Of a stretch of 64,000 nt of DNA, positions 46,448 through 56,603 are shown in pieces; the first letter of the stretch is position 1, and the number at the start of each line of letters is the position of its first letter. The position numbers and the translations under genes are program-made. The DNA is from Nitrospirota bacterium (GTDB lineage Bacteria > Nitrospirota > Thermodesulfovibrionia > Thermodesulfovibrionales > UBA9159): assembly GCA_963699545.1 (NCBI GenBank), contig CAVOUE010000011.1, forward strand, positions 11,494 through 75,493, written 5' to 3'. The notes under the pieces were generated by a model, which was not told the DNA's origin, did no database searches, and saw only the letters and a program-made list of their open reading frames with translations.

Positions 46448-46985
46448 TTCTTTCTATTTTACTCCTCGAGGCCTATGTGCGGGTGAAATATTTGGCGCCG
46501 AACCGAAGTGAGAGGCGAATGTTTTTCGCACCGTCTCTCGCTTTCGCTCGTTTGGTTCTTGCAGTTCGGGACGTTCGCTTGATATTTCTAGGCCCGCTCC
46601 CATCCTTTTTGTCAGCTCGCCGGGTTCCGTAAAAGCTCTCAAAGGAAACACTTTCTTTCGCAACTGAGCACGGAGATGTACTTCCTGAAATCTTGCTTTT
46701 CTGGAACTTGTCATCGGCCAGAGCTTACGACCGGAAATCGACGGGATCTCCGCTCTTGACTCGGACACTTCTGGTAGGGTATAACAAACTTGCCACCGGG
46801 GGGTTGCGTGTTAGACAGAAAACTCGATAACATCACAAAAGTAATCTTAGCCAATCATGATAGCACGATAAATCAAACAGTTACGCTGAGCGTGATGTCT
46901 ATGGCAGATTGCGGAGCCTGGAAGATTCCGGAGTTATCGAGAAACTATCTAATAACTGGTTCGGTAGAAAATAGAGGCAAATAAA

Positions 46986-47477
46986 ATGGATATTTTCTGG
47001 CAAAGCTTCTTTGGTTTTCTTGAAAAACTCGGACTATTAGTTGTTCCTCTGATCGCAGCCTATATTGGTTGGAGGCTCAGTCAGAAAACCTATGTCAGGC
47101 AACTTCTGGTAGACACACTCAAAAACAAATTTGACGCGCTTCGCGAAATAAAGTCCGTAATCGGAAACATCCCGCCGGACCTAAATAAAAATGATCTTAT
47201 TAAACGGCTAAGTCATGATAAGGATTTTCGTGATTCACTGACGACCAGAATGGTAAGGCTTCTCGGTCTACGAAATGAGCTTATTCCTTTTATTGCTCCA
47301 GAATTTGTTGATTTGATAGATACGCAGCTTGAACCGCTGTTTACGATAGAAAACGGCAGCTATACTTTCAGATCGGAAAAAATCCAGGCATTTGCCACAT
47401 TCGCATCTGAAGCCAGACTCCTGGTATCTACCATAGAAACCAAATTGACAGAAGAGTACAAAAAACAATTGAAATGA
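46986..47477 (+). CDS. Cassette-borne hypothetical protein with N-terminal TM helix
   Basis: 163-aa AT-rich ORF bounded by cassette core sites. Confidence 0.75.
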   Translation: MDIFWQSFFGFLEKLGLLVVPLIAAYIGWRLSQKTYVRQLLVDTLKNKFDALREIKSVIGNIPPDLNKNDLIKRLSHDKDFRDSLTTRMVRLLGLRNELIPFIAPEFVDLIDTQLEPLFTIENGSYTFRSEKIQAFATFASEARLLVSTIETKLTEEYKKQLK

Positions 47478-47481
47478 ATTT

Positions 47482-47572
47482 ACCGAACACGTAAATCAAC
47501 CCGACTGGCGATAACGCTGGTTTGATTTTCATCCTTGGTGATTGCGCCAGCGGGTTATTTGCTTCGTTGCTT
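47482..47572 (+). other. attC recombination site
   Basis: R'' ACCGAAC; arms gtaaat(C)aacccg(A)ctggcg / cgccagcgggttatttgc with two unpaired bases; R' GTT at 47566. Confidence 0.82.
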
Positions 47573-47686
47573 TCGGAAAGCCACATTAGTTTCAATTTGC
47601 GATAACTATCATTAAGTCGGTGGAGTCCGCATCCCGCAGAACAGGAAGAGATAAGACGTGGACGATGGGACGCGTCTTAACGCGAA

Positions 47687-47717
47687 ACAAAAAATGCCGG
47701 GAAGAATTCCCGGCATT
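47687..47717 (-). terminator. Rho-independent terminator downstream of uvrB
   Basis: AATGCCGGGAA/TTCCCGGCATT stem plus T tract on the minus strand. Confidence 0.75.
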
Positions 47718-47802
47718 GTGGGCCTTACGCGGCTTTTACGCGTTTCTGATATTCATGTTCAGGCCAGAAACCTCTTGAGCTGGGATATACGGATACACTT
47801 GA

Positions 47803-49843
47803 TTACGGTTTTCTGCTCCTTCCCTTGCTCCTCTTTGCAGGTGGTACAGAAGGCTTCCCGATGCCCACCTCGATCAGCCTTTTCCTCACCTCTTTGATCT
47901 TTTCCCTGAGCTCGATGGCGTGCTCAAAGTCCAGTTTTTGTGCCGCTTCCTTCATCTCCGCTTCAAGCCTCTTCAGGGTTTCCTCGTCATATCCGTAGGC
48001 AGGTATTTCTTCTGCAACAGCGACGGTCCAGTAGTCCGATTCGTAGATCGAACTGAGGATGTCCTTAATGCTGGATTTCACGGTTTCCGGCGTTATTCCC
48101 ATCTCTTCATTATATTTTTTCTGGATTTTCCTTCTTCTTGTGGTTTCGTCCAGGGCCCTCTGCATGGACCCTGTTATAGTATCCGCATAGAGGATCACCT
48201 CTCCGTTGACGTTCCGTGCCGCCCGTCCCGCGGTCTGGATCAGGGAACGCTCCGACCGGAGAAACCCTTCCTTATCGGCGTCGAGGATCGCGACCAGTGA
48301 AACTTCAGGGAGGTCAAGCCCTTCCCTCAGCAGGTTCACCCCTATCAGTACGTCGAACTTGCCCAGCCTCAGGTCCCGCAGTATCTCGATCCTCTGGAGG
48401 GTGTCTATGTCTGAATGGAGATACCTCGCCCTCACCCCAAGTTCGGTATAATGGTCCGTGAGGTCCTCCGCCATCTTCTTTGTGAGTGTGGTGACAAGTA
48501 CCCGTTCACCCTTTTCCGTCCGCTTTCTTATCTCACCGAGAAGATCATCGACCTGTCCGAGGCAGGCTTCACCTCATTTCAGGGTCAATAAGTCCCGTCG
48601 GCCTGATGATCTGTTCAACGACTGGCCCCTCGAAATTTTCAATCTCATAGGGCGCCGGGGTTGCGGACACATAGATCGCCTGAGTGACCCGGTGCTCGAA
48701 TTCGGCAAATCTCAGCGGCCTGTTGTCCAGGGCGGAGGGCAGCCTGAATCCGAAGTCAATAAGGGTCTGCTTTCTTGACCTGTCACCCTCGTACATGCCG
48801 CCGATCTGAGGTACTGGTAGCGTGAGACTCATCGATAACGATCAGAAAATCTTCGGGAAAATAATCGATCAGGGTGTAAGGGGGCTCTCCCGGCGGCCCT
48901 TCCGCTGAGATGGCGGGAATAGTTTTCGATGCCGTGGCAGTAGCCGAATTCCTTCGAGCATTTCCAGATCGAACCTCGTTCTCTGCTCGATCCTCTGCGC
49001 CTCCACCAATTTACCCTCTTTCAGGAAATATTCGACCCTCTCCTTCATCTCCTCTTCGTATCCTTTTCAGAGCGGGCTCCATGCTCTCCCTCGGCGTTAT
49101 CCAGTGGCTGTTCGGGAAAAGGGCGAACCTTTTCGAGTCTCCTGAGTCTTTGCGCCGGTAAAGGGATCGAATTCATAGATTGCGTCGATATCATCGCCAA
49201 ACAACTCCATGCGGATTGCTTTGTTGAGCGAGAAGGACGGAAAGACCTCGACGATATCTCCCCTCACCCTGAATGTTCCCCTCTTGAACTCGATATCCGA
49301 ACGGGCATACTGCATATCTACAAGCCTTCTCAGTATCTCGTCCCGTTCGGTGCGCATCCCCTCTTCGAGAAAGAGGTGCATATCCATATAATCCCGGGGA
49401 GAGCCGATGCCGTAAATGCAGGAGACCGATGCGACGACAATGGTGTCCCTTCGTTCAAGGACGGCCCTTGTCGCCGAATGCCTCAGCCTGTCGATGTCGT
49501 CGTTGATCATGGCGTCTTTCTCGATATACGTATCGGTGGTCGGGATATATGCCTCGGGCTGGTAGTAGTCATAATAGCTCACAAAGAACTCGACGGCGTT
49601 TTCCGGAAACAGTTCCTTGAATTCGCCGTAGAGCTGCGCTGCAAGGGTCTTGTTATGAGCAATGACAAGGGCGGGCTTCTTGATATGTGCGATCACATTA
49701 GCGACGGTAAAGGTCTTGCCGGAACCGGTGACGCCGAGAAGGACCTGATGCCTCAAGCCTCTCCCGATTCCTGCGGTCAGTTCTTCAATAGCCTTGGGTT
49801 GGTCCCCTCGTGAAATGAAATTCGTCGAGAGCTTGAAATCCAT
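47803..49843 (-). CDS. uvrB: Excinuclease ABC subunit B (several apparent indels)
   Basis: [57 protein letters not shown]. Confidence 0.95.
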
Positions 49844-49982
49844 CTTTCTATAATACCAGACGTCTGCCCCGTGGGGCAGCGGATGTCATAAAAGGTAGCT
49901 CTTTCGTTTATGGAGAGCGCTTCCCTTGATAGCCGGAATCTGATAAAATTCCAGAAGAGATTACATCTCCCTTGTTTGAACC

Positions 49983-50162
49983 ATGACCGAAGAACATGAA
50001 AAGCTGGTAAAGACCTCTGTGCATCTCGAAGAAGAGGTGCTGGAGGCGCTGGAAGAACTTGCCCGGGAATACTCAAAAGAGACCGGGCAGAGGTGGTCGA
50101 GGGGAGCGGTGATACGGGTTGCGCTGAGCGAGTTTTTCTCGCGCAGAGGAAAGATACTTTAA
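49983..50162 (+). CDS. Ribbon-helix-helix (CopG-like) protein, 59 aa (not in ORF track)
   Basis: MTEEHEKLVKTSVHLEEEVLEALEELAREYSKETGQRWSRGAVIRVALSEFF. Confidence 0.7.
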   Translation: MTEEHEKLVKTSVHLEEEVLEALEELAREYSKETGQRWSRGAVIRVALSEFFSRRGKIL

Positions 50163-50261
50163 CGGCCTTGTCTTTCTTGCACCTCCGGGGCTCCCTTCTT
50201 TTTCTGAAGAGAACCAGCAGTTGTGGGTCTGCCCGAAGACAGCTATAATAGGATCGATTCT

Positions 50262-50726
50262 ATGAATTCACCTGAAGAGAGATTGAAAGAACTGGGAATC
50301 CTTCTGCCGGCCGCACCCGCCGCACTGGGCGCCTATATTCCCTGTGTACAAGCAGGGAACCTCCTCTTCCTGAGCGGACAGCTCCCGCTCCGCGATGGAA
50401 AACTCGTTCATACGGGAAGGCTCGGTGAATCCGTCTCCGTCAGCGAAGCCCAGGAAGACGCCAGACAAACAGTGATGAATGCCCTGAGCAATGTCAAAGC
50501 ATTTCTCGGAGACCTGGCCAGAGTGGCACAGTGTGTGAAGCTCAGCGGCTATGTGGCCTCGGCATCCGACTTTACCGACCAGCCAAAGGTTCTGAATGCC
50601 GCCTCCGAACTCCTGCGCGATATCTTCGGTGATCGCGGGAAACATGCGAGGGTTGCCGTAGGGGTGCCTGTTCTTCCCTTGAACTCTCCCCTGGAGATCG
50701 ATTTTATCTTCGAGATAAAGGAATAA
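50262..50726 (+). CDS. RidA/YjgF family protein
   Basis: LFLSGQLP, NAASELL..FG..GKHARVAVGV..LP. Confidence 0.9.
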   Translation: MNSPEERLKELGILLPAAPAALGAYIPCVQAGNLLFLSGQLPLRDGKLVHTGRLGESVSVSEAQEDARQTVMNALSNVKAFLGDLARVAQCVKLSGYVASASDFTDQPKVLNAASELLRDIFGDRGKHARVAVGVPVLPLNSPLEIDFIFEIKE

Positions 50727-50758
50727 AAACTATCATCGGTCGATCCCCGGCACCGTTA

Positions 50759-51427
50759 TCATTTATTTTCAGAAGGCGGGGCCATGTGCCTGATTATCTT
50801 CCCTTCAACAAAGTAGATCACCATTTCAGCGATATTGGTGGCGTGGTCTGCGATGCGTTCCAGGTACTTTGAAATATAAGTGATCCTTGTTGCACGTGAC
50901 ACCGTATGCGGGTCCTGGATCATAAAGAAGAGCAGTTCATTGAAGACCTGAAGGTTGAGCTGATCGACCTCGTCATCCCTCTTTATCACATCCATCGCAA
51001 GCTTTGCATCTCCCCGGACAAGGGCATCAAGGGAGTCTTTCACCATTCCCCTTGCTATTTCAGCCATCCTTGGTATATCTATATACGGCTTCAGCATTGG
51101 CTCGTCGTTAAGCTCTATGGCCCTTTCCGCAATATCAACCGCAAGGTCTCCCATCCTTTCGATGTCCGTAGTGATCTTCATGGCGGTCGTGATGAACCGG
51201 AGGTCTCCCGCCTTTGGTTGTCTCAAAGCAATGAGCCGGATAGACTCCTCGTCTATCTCAACATCGAGTGTATTTATGAGATGGTCATTTTCAATGATCC
51301 TCTGCGCAAGGCCATTGTCCCTGTCCAAGAGGGCCTGTATGGAAGCCTTGATCGCATCTTCCACGAGGGACCCCATTTTGAGAAGTTTTCCCTTTAAATG
51401 CTGCAGTTCATCATCAAAGATTGACAT
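50759..51427 (-). CDS. phoU: Phosphate signalling protein PhoU
   Basis: ALRQPKAGDLR, DIERMGD, YLERIADHATNIAE. Confidence 0.96.
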   Translation of the reverse strand: MSIFDDELQHLKGKLLKMGSLVEDAIKASIQALLDRDNGLAQRIIENDHLINTLDVEIDEESIRLIALRQPKAGDLRFITTAMKITTDIERMGDLAVDIAERAIELNDEPMLKPYIDIPRMAEIARGMVKDSLDALVRGDAKLAMDVIKRDDEVDQLNLQVFNELLFFMIQDPHTVSRATRITYISKYLERIADHATNIAEMVIYFVEGKIIRHMAPPSENK

Positions 51428-52191
51428 TATCCAAACCTCCCCGTGATATATTCTTCAGTGAGCTTTTCAGAGGGGGTAGTAAAGATCTTGTCGGTCCTCC
51501 CAAATTCTACCAGCTCACCGAGCATCATGAAGCCTGTCCAATCAGATATCCTTGCCGCCTGCTGCATATTATGTGTGACGATGATAATACTCACACTGTT
51601 TTTTAGATCGACAATAAGCTCCTCAATCTTTGCCGTGGATATTGGGTCAAGGGCCGAAGTAGGCTCATCAAAGAGCAGGACTTCGGGTTCCACCGCCAGC
51701 GCCCTCGCAATGACAAGCCTCTGCTGCTGGCCACCGGAAAGTTCGTAGGCACTCATATTCAGCTTGTCCTTCACTTCATCCCAGAGCGCAGCATTCCTGA
51801 TCGCCTTTTCCACCTTCTCTGACAAATCTGCCCTCTTCTTGATCCCTTTCAATCTCAGGCCATATGCAATATTGTCGAATATGGTCATGGGAAAAGGGGT
51901 CGGCTTTTGGAACACCATGCCTATATTGCTCCGAAGACTTATCAGATCTGTGCCATTGGAAAGAATGTTCCTGTCCTGAAAAATGATTTCTCCCTCATAC
52001 CGGTTTCTGGGATACAGGTCATGCATCCTGTTAAAGCACCTGAGAAGTGTGGTCTTTCCGCAGCCTGAAGGACCAATCAGGGCCGTGACCGCACTTTTGT
52101 ATGCGTGCATGTTTATCTGTTTAAGCGCGTGAACATTCCCCGCATAGTAAAAGTTCAGATCCTTTATCTCGATTTCCTTCTTTTCTGTCAC
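51427..52191 (-). CDS. pstB: Phosphate ABC transporter ATPase
   Basis: [41 protein letters not shown]. Confidence 0.96.
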   Translation of the reverse strand: MTEKKEIEIKDLNFYYAGNVHALKQINMHAYKSAVTALIGPSGCGKTTLLRCFNRMHDLYPRNRYEGEIIFQDRNILSNGTDLISLRSNIGMVFQKPTPFPMTIFDNIAYGLRLKGIKKRADLSEKVEKAIRNAALWDEVKDKLNMSAYELSGGQQQRLVIARALAVEPEVLLFDEPTSALDPISTAKIEELIVDLKNSVSIIIVTHNMQQAARISDWTGFMMLGELVEFGRTDKIFTTPSEKLTEEYITGRFG

Positions 52192-53030
52192 TATTTGTAC
52201 CTCCACTTTATTATAAGCCTCCCAAGGATAGTGATGGCAAGAACGACCAGGGTAATAATAAGAGATGCGGCCCATGCCTGTGCGTGCCAGTCATCATAGG
52301 GCCCCATGGCGTACTGGAATATGCTCGCCGTCAGAGAGGCCATGGACCTGTTCATATCTAGAGAGAAATACGCGTTATTGAATGATGTGAAGAGGAGCGG
52401 CGCGGTCTCCCCCGCAACCCTCGCAATGGAGAGCAGGATGCCTGTGAGAATACCGGTAGCAGCCCCCCGGTAGACTACCTGAATGATCACTTTGTAATAG
52501 GGAGCGCCCAATGCAAAAGCCGCCTCCCTCAAGGTCCAGGGGACAAGGGTGAGCATATCCTCCGTCGTTCTTAAGACCACAGGGATCATGATGATTGCGA
52601 GGGCAACTGAGCCGGCCCATCCGTTAAAGTGTCCTACCGGTCGCACCAATATCGCGTACACGAATGTTCCTATCACTATAGAGGGAACGCTCACCATGAT
52701 ATCCGCAAGAATGCTTATCACCCGCGATATCCTCGTTCCCCTTGCATATTCGGCAAGGAAGGTCCCCCCCAGAACTCCAATGGGTACCCCGATAAAAGTG
52801 GCAAAGAATGTTATCAGCAGCTGTCCCATGAAGGCGTTCCTTAATCCGCCGCCCGTAACGCCGGCAGGCGTGGGGTCATTCAGAAAAAGACTGATGTTCA
52901 ATGCGCCAATGCCGTGAATAAGGACGTCGCTCAGGATAAAGATGAGCCAGAACAATCCAAAACCTGCTGCAAGGGTGCTCAGGACAAGGGCCGTCAGGCT
53001 TTCGAGTTTCCTTTTCCTTTCCAGATTCAT
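52191..53030 (-). CDS. pstA: Phosphate ABC transporter permease PstA
   Basis: [31 protein letters not shown]. Confidence 0.95.
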   Translation of the reverse strand: MNLERKRKLESLTALVLSTLAAGFGLFWLIFILSDVLIHGIGALNISLFLNDPTPAGVTGGGLRNAFMGQLLITFFATFIGVPIGVLGGTFLAEYARGTRISRVISILADIMVSVPSIVIGTFVYAILVRPVGHFNGWAGSVALAIIMIPVVLRTTEDMLTLVPWTLREAAFALGAPYYKVIIQVVYRGAATGILTGILLSIARVAGETAPLLFTSFNNAYFSLDMNRSMASLTASIFQYAMGPYDDWHAQAWAASLIITLVVLAITILGRLIIKWRYK

Positions 53031-53968
53031 CGAGAATATCTCCTCTCGGCCTTGAGGAGGAAAAACTTCGCGATGGCCAGAACAATAAAACTCAACACAA
53101 AGAGCACAAGGGCGAGATAAAAGAGGGAAGAGAGATACATATCAGTGTCTGCCTCGGTAAATTCATTGGCAAGGCTAACGGTGATTGTGGCAGCGGCCTG
53201 AAAAAGAGAGGTGGTTATCTGATGGTTATTCCCGAGGACAAAGGCCACAGCCATGGTCTCACCGAGCGCCCTTCCAAGGGAGAGGGCAATCCCCCCAAAA
53301 ACCCCCAGCTTCGAATAGGGGAGAATCACGTCCTTCACCACTTCCCATTGCGTGGTGCCGATGGCATAGGCAGATTCTTTTACCACTGCGGGAGTGAGAT
53401 TAAAGGCATCCCTGGAAATGCTCGCGGTAAAGGGGATAATCATGATGCTCAAAATAACGCTTGCAGTAAAGATATCTATCCCCATAGGTGTGCCCTGAAA
53501 TAAGATCCCGAGCAGGGGGAGTTTCCCCAGACTCTTCTGGAGCGCAGGCTCAATGTAGCGGGACATGAGCGGCGCAAGCGTAAAGAGGCCCCACATGCCA
53601 TAGATAATACTGGGTATAGCAGCAAGAAGTTCTATAGCAATCCCGATAGGGCCTTTCAGGAAATTGGGGGCTATCTCGGTGACGAATATGGCGATCCCGA
53701 TGGCGGTCGGCACCGCGATAATGAGGGCGAGAAGGGTCGTGATCACTGTTCCGTAAATTGTGGTTGCTGCGCCAAAGGATTCCTTCACCGGATTCCAGTC
53801 AGTAGAGGTGAGAAAATTAACAACTCCAAATTTGCTTACGGCAAGGGAAGACTCGCGCAGCAAGACCGCAAAAATCCCCATAACAAGAAGAATGACAGTC
53901 AATGATGCGAGAGCCGTAATCAGGGAAAAAGAGAAATCAACCGCATTTTTTTTATAGATTATGGGCAA
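53027..53968 (-). CDS. pstC: Phosphate ABC transporter permease PstC
   Basis: ELLAAIPSIIYGMWG, LGRALGETMAV. Confidence 0.95.
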   Translation of the reverse strand: MPIIYKKNAVDFSFSLITALASLTVILLVMGIFAVLLRESSLAVSKFGVVNFLTSTDWNPVKESFGAATTIYGTVITTLLALIIAVPTAIGIAIFVTEIAPNFLKGPIGIAIELLAAIPSIIYGMWGLFTLAPLMSRYIEPALQKSLGKLPLLGILFQGTPMGIDIFTASVILSIMIIPFTASISRDAFNLTPAVVKESAYAIGTTQWEVVKDVILPYSKLGVFGGIALSLGRALGETMAVAFVLGNNHQITTSLFQAAATITVSLANEFTEADTDMYLSSLFYLALVLFVLSFIVLAIAKFFLLKAERRYSR

Positions 53969-54049
53969 TTATATTGCTCCTTCCGTTGCCTTGTCAGTCA
54001 TTGCGCCGTTCTCCGCACACTCTTGCCTTAAGGTTGTATTGAAAGAGTG

Positions 54050-54088
54050 TTAAAGGGCCAGGTATATGATACAGACCTGGCCCTTTAA
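54050..54088. terminator. pstS-pstC intergenic stem-loop (partial terminator or mRNA stabiliser)
   Basis: TTAAAGGGCCAGGT / ACCTGGCCCTTTAA 14-bp perfect stem. Confidence 0.65.
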
Positions 54089-54112
54089 TTTCAAATTACC
54101 GTGAAGATAGAG

Positions 54113-55123
54113 CTAGTAAAGACCGTTCGCTTTCCAGTATGCCATGACCTTTTCTTTCAGCGACTTCGGCAGAGGCACGTAGATGAGTTCCTTGGCCTTA
54201 TTATCGCCGTTCTTGAACGCCCAGTCATAAAATTTTACGACCTTCATATTTGAATCCTTCTTCTCTTTTGCAAGGAGAATAAAGGTCGCTCCCGCAATGG
54301 GCCAGGCGTTCTTTCCGGGGGTGTTGTTCAGCCAGACATAAAAATCCTTCTTTGCATCGAAATCACCCGAGTCGGCTGCATCTTCGAAGGCCTCAAAACT
54401 GGGCGTCACAAAATTCCCAGCCTTATTCTTAAGCTGTGTATGTACCAGCTTATTCTGCTTTGCATAGGCAAATTCCACATACCCGACGGAGTTCGCGGTC
54501 TGCTTCACATAATTGGCAACCCCTTCGTTCCCCTTACCGCCAATCCCCGCAGGCCACTGAACAGACTTGCCTTCACCAACCTTGCTCTTGAAATCTGCAC
54601 ATGTTTCGCTCAGGTAATTGGTAAAGATTGCGGTCGTCCCTGACCCGTCCGACCTGTGGACCACGGTCATTTCATTGTGGGGCAACTTTACTTTTGGGTT
54701 GTTCTTCTTGAGCATCGCGTCATCCCAGAACTTGATCTCTCCGAGGTATATCTTGCAAAGCGTCTGCGGATCAAGCTTGAGTTCGCCCTCCTTCACCCCC
54801 TGGATGTTTACCACAGGAACGACTCCGCCAATCACCGCAGGGAACTGGATAAGTTTGTCGCCTGCGAGCTTATCGGGCTTCAAAGGGTCATCAGATGCGC
54901 CGAAGTCAACCGTCCTCTCGGTGATCTGCCTCTGCCCGCCGCCGGAACCTATGGACTGATAATTGAGTTTTACCCCTGTTGTCTTGTTATAATCGTATGC
55001 CCAGGCAGAATATACAGGATAGGGGAATGTTGCGCCCGCACCATTTATCGTTTCCTCAGCACCTGCCAAGGAAAATGACAAGGCTATCGCCAATACCACC
55101 ATTACGCCGAAAATATTCTTCAT
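54113..55123 (-). CDS. pstS: Phosphate ABC transporter substrate-binding protein
   Basis: GAGATFPYP, YQSIGSGGG, DFGASD, HRSDGSGTT, GKGNEGV. Confidence 0.97.
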   Translation of the reverse strand: MKNIFGVMVVLAIALSFSLAGAEETINGAGATFPYPVYSAWAYDYNKTTGVKLNYQSIGSGGGQRQITERTVDFGASDDPLKPDKLAGDKLIQFPAVIGGVVPVVNIQGVKEGELKLDPQTLCKIYLGEIKFWDDAMLKKNNPKVKLPHNEMTVVHRSDGSGTTAIFTNYLSETCADFKSKVGEGKSVQWPAGIGGKGNEGVANYVKQTANSVGYVEFAYAKQNKLVHTQLKNKAGNFVTPSFEAFEDAADSGDFDAKKDFYVWLNNTPGKNAWPIAGATFILLAKEKKDSNMKVVKFYDWAFKNGDNKAKELIYVPLPKSLKEKVMAYWKANGLY

Positions 55124-55176
55124 CCATCTCTCCTTTCTCGTATGCAATTGTTTCGTTATAATATAAAGCTCTGATT

Positions 55177-55215
55177 GTTACAATTGTGTTACAGTTCTAT
55201 TAAATTTCAGTTACA
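55177..55215 (-). promoter_or_regulatory. Pho box array of the pstS promoter
   Basis: GTTACA/ATTAAA units at 55177, 55188, 55199, 55210 (11-bp period); minus strand CTGTAAC-acaa-TTGTAAC then AT-rich -10. Confidence 0.8.
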
Positions 55216-55244
55216 GGGCTTAAATTAATCTTTCATTCTTTTCT

Positions 55245-55379
55245 TCACCTCCCTTTTTCTTTCTCACCAAAGACCCTTTGGATGAGGTGAAAAACAAAGA
55301 GATTCGGCCTGCCTCGGAGAAGGCTGATCACTGCAACTACAGAAAGAATCAGGCTTAGAACCAGTAAAACTACACTCAC
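55245..55379 (-). CDS. Putative 44-aa membrane micro-protein (GTG start, possibly leaderless)
   Basis: VSVVLLVLSLILSVVAVISLLRGRPNLFVFHLIQRVFGEKEKGR; starts just after a Pho-box promoter. Confidence 0.4.
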   Translation of the reverse strand: MSVVLLVLSLILSVVAVISLLRGRPNLFVFHLIQRVFGEKEKGR

Positions 55380-55401
55380 AAACTGAGAATATCAGAAGAT
55401 T

Positions 55402-55429
55402 GTTACAGCGATATTACGGAGGTGTTACA
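55402..55429 (-). promoter_or_regulatory. Pho-box-like promoter
   Basis: GTTACA 55402, ATTACG 55413, GTTACA 55424; -10 TATTCT on the minus strand. Confidence 0.65.
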
Positions 55430-55658
55430 TTTCAAGGTCATGCATATCTCTGCCTGAAAGACCGTGCATATTCGGGCAGAACGTCCGGCCCGAGGTGACG
55501 ATGATGAGCATGTTTTGAATCCTTTCTTTATCATGGGATATCACAACCGAACAGTCCATTGCCAGCCAGGAGAAACGTGCGCATACATCTTCAAGAACCG
55601 AGACGGACCCTGGCCGGATATTGGAAAGCATTGCGATATTCATCAGAACGGGATACAT
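55425..55658 (-). CDS. Hypothetical protein
   Basis: 77-aa ORF starting 1 nt after the stop of the upstream micro-protein; no recognisable motif. Confidence 0.3.
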   Translation of the reverse strand: MYPVLMNIAMLSNIRPGSVSVLEDVCARFSWLAMDCSVVISHDKERIQNMLIIVTSGRTFCPNMHGLSGRDMHDLEM

Positions 55659-55659
55659 T

Positions 55660-55851
55660 TCATGCGTACCCTTGCACCTGAACCTCGTCAGTTGTTTCTC
55701 TTTTTGCTCTGACGTCCTTCACCCGAAAGGGGCATTTCTTGTGGTCTTTCGTCAGGCAGTACTCCTCGAATTGGAAAACGCTCGGCACGTATACTCTCTC
55801 CCCGATCGTGCATGTTGCCACCACCCACCGATCCAAATGCGGGCATTTCAT
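55660..55851 (-). CDS. 4-Cys micro-protein, copy 1
   Basis: C-x10-C-x17-C-x7-CPF; ATGA coupling to the upstream gene. Confidence 0.75.
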   Translation of the reverse strand: MKCPHLDRWVVATCTIGERVYVPSVFQFEEYCLTKDHKKCPFRVKDVRAKRETTDEVQVQGYA

Positions 55852-56039
55852 GGCTTCCCCCATAGATTAACGAATGATTTCGGCCGCACGATATTCCGGA
55901 CCTCTGCCTGAGAGTTCCCCCATACGATGAGAGGACATTTCTCCTGTTTTCCCCTGCAAAAGAGGCTGCCGAACCGGGGAGTAACAGGGATACCCCTCAG
56001 ACACCTCAAGTCTTCAGATACATAATCACGACATGTCAT
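55848..56039 (-). CDS. 4-Cys micro-protein, copy 2 (shorter spacing)
   Basis: C-x9-C-x14-C-x6-CPL; SD AAGGAGG; ATGA coupling. Confidence 0.65.
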   Translation of the reverse strand: MTCRDYVSEDLRCLRGIPVTPRFGSLFCRGKQEKCPLIVWGNSQAEVRNIVRPKSFVNLWGKP

Positions 56040-56242
56040 TTCCGCCTCCTTCTTAAGGCTTTTGCCAGGAATATCGGGCAATAGTCATAGTCATCGGTGT
56101 TACAAAACTTCGTTCTCACCGTCGGCGTTGGTAATAATGAAGAAAGTGAGGCATTGCAGACATCGGATATATCCGAGTAGGGACAACGCAATTCAAGTTC
56201 ATGGGGCAGCTGTGCCGTCAGCGCCTTATCCATGCTGTTCAT
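56036..56242 (-). CDS. 4-Cys micro-protein, copy 3
   Basis: C-x8-C-x17-C-x7-CPIF; SD AAGGAGG. Confidence 0.75.
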   Translation of the reverse strand: MNSMDKALTAQLPHELELRCPYSDISDVCNASLSSLLPTPTVRTKFCNTDDYDYCPIFLAKALRRRRK

Positions 56243-56510
56243 TACAGCCTCCTTTATTGAATATGCTTTCTATCGTGACGCTGGATGCCATGTCCCTCAG
56301 ATAGGCGTCAATGTCTATCTGGCCGGGGTCGTACTTTATCAAGAGGCTTCCCGTTAAGGGGTTGGGGCGAATGTCCTCTATGCCGCACGGAACGGGAATG
56401 CCTGATAATCCTTTGAGAACACTTAAGGAAAGTCCCTTGATGGAGGGTACCTCAAGCCTGATGCGTCCTGGAACATGGTGTACTATCCTGTACTGAATCA
56501 TGGTGGTCAT
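56226..56510 (-). CDS. HMA2-like domain protein
   Basis: IVHHVPGRIRL..GIEDIRPNPLTGSLLIKYDP. Confidence 0.75.
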   Translation of the reverse strand: MTTMIQYRIVHHVPGRIRLEVPSIKGLSLSVLKGLSGIPVPCGIEDIRPNPLTGSLLIKYDPGQIDIDAYLRDMASSVTIESIFNKGGCNEQHG

Positions 56511-56559
56511 CCTCTGTCTGATTTCTTTGTCTGATCTTGCCATAGTAAACCACAGCACT

Positions 56560-56587
56560 GTTACGCACTTATGAAGACATCGTTACA
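56560..56587 (-). promoter_or_regulatory. Pho-box-like promoter
   Basis: GTTACG 56560, ATGAAG 56571, GTTACA 56582; -10 TACTAT. Confidence 0.6.
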
Positions 56588-56603
56588 TTTCAATGTAATC
56601 TGT

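Larger units (their letters stand above)
46959..47572 (+). mobile_element. Integron gene cassette (single ORF plus attC)
   Basis: G|TTCGGT core at 46959 complementary to ACCGAAC at 47482; attC follows the ORF. Confidence 0.8.

Noticed and set aside
54027-54054. Weak 11-bp-phase repeats before pstC
   Set aside because: Poor match to the box, no -10 at the expected distance, overlaps the intergenic stem-loop.
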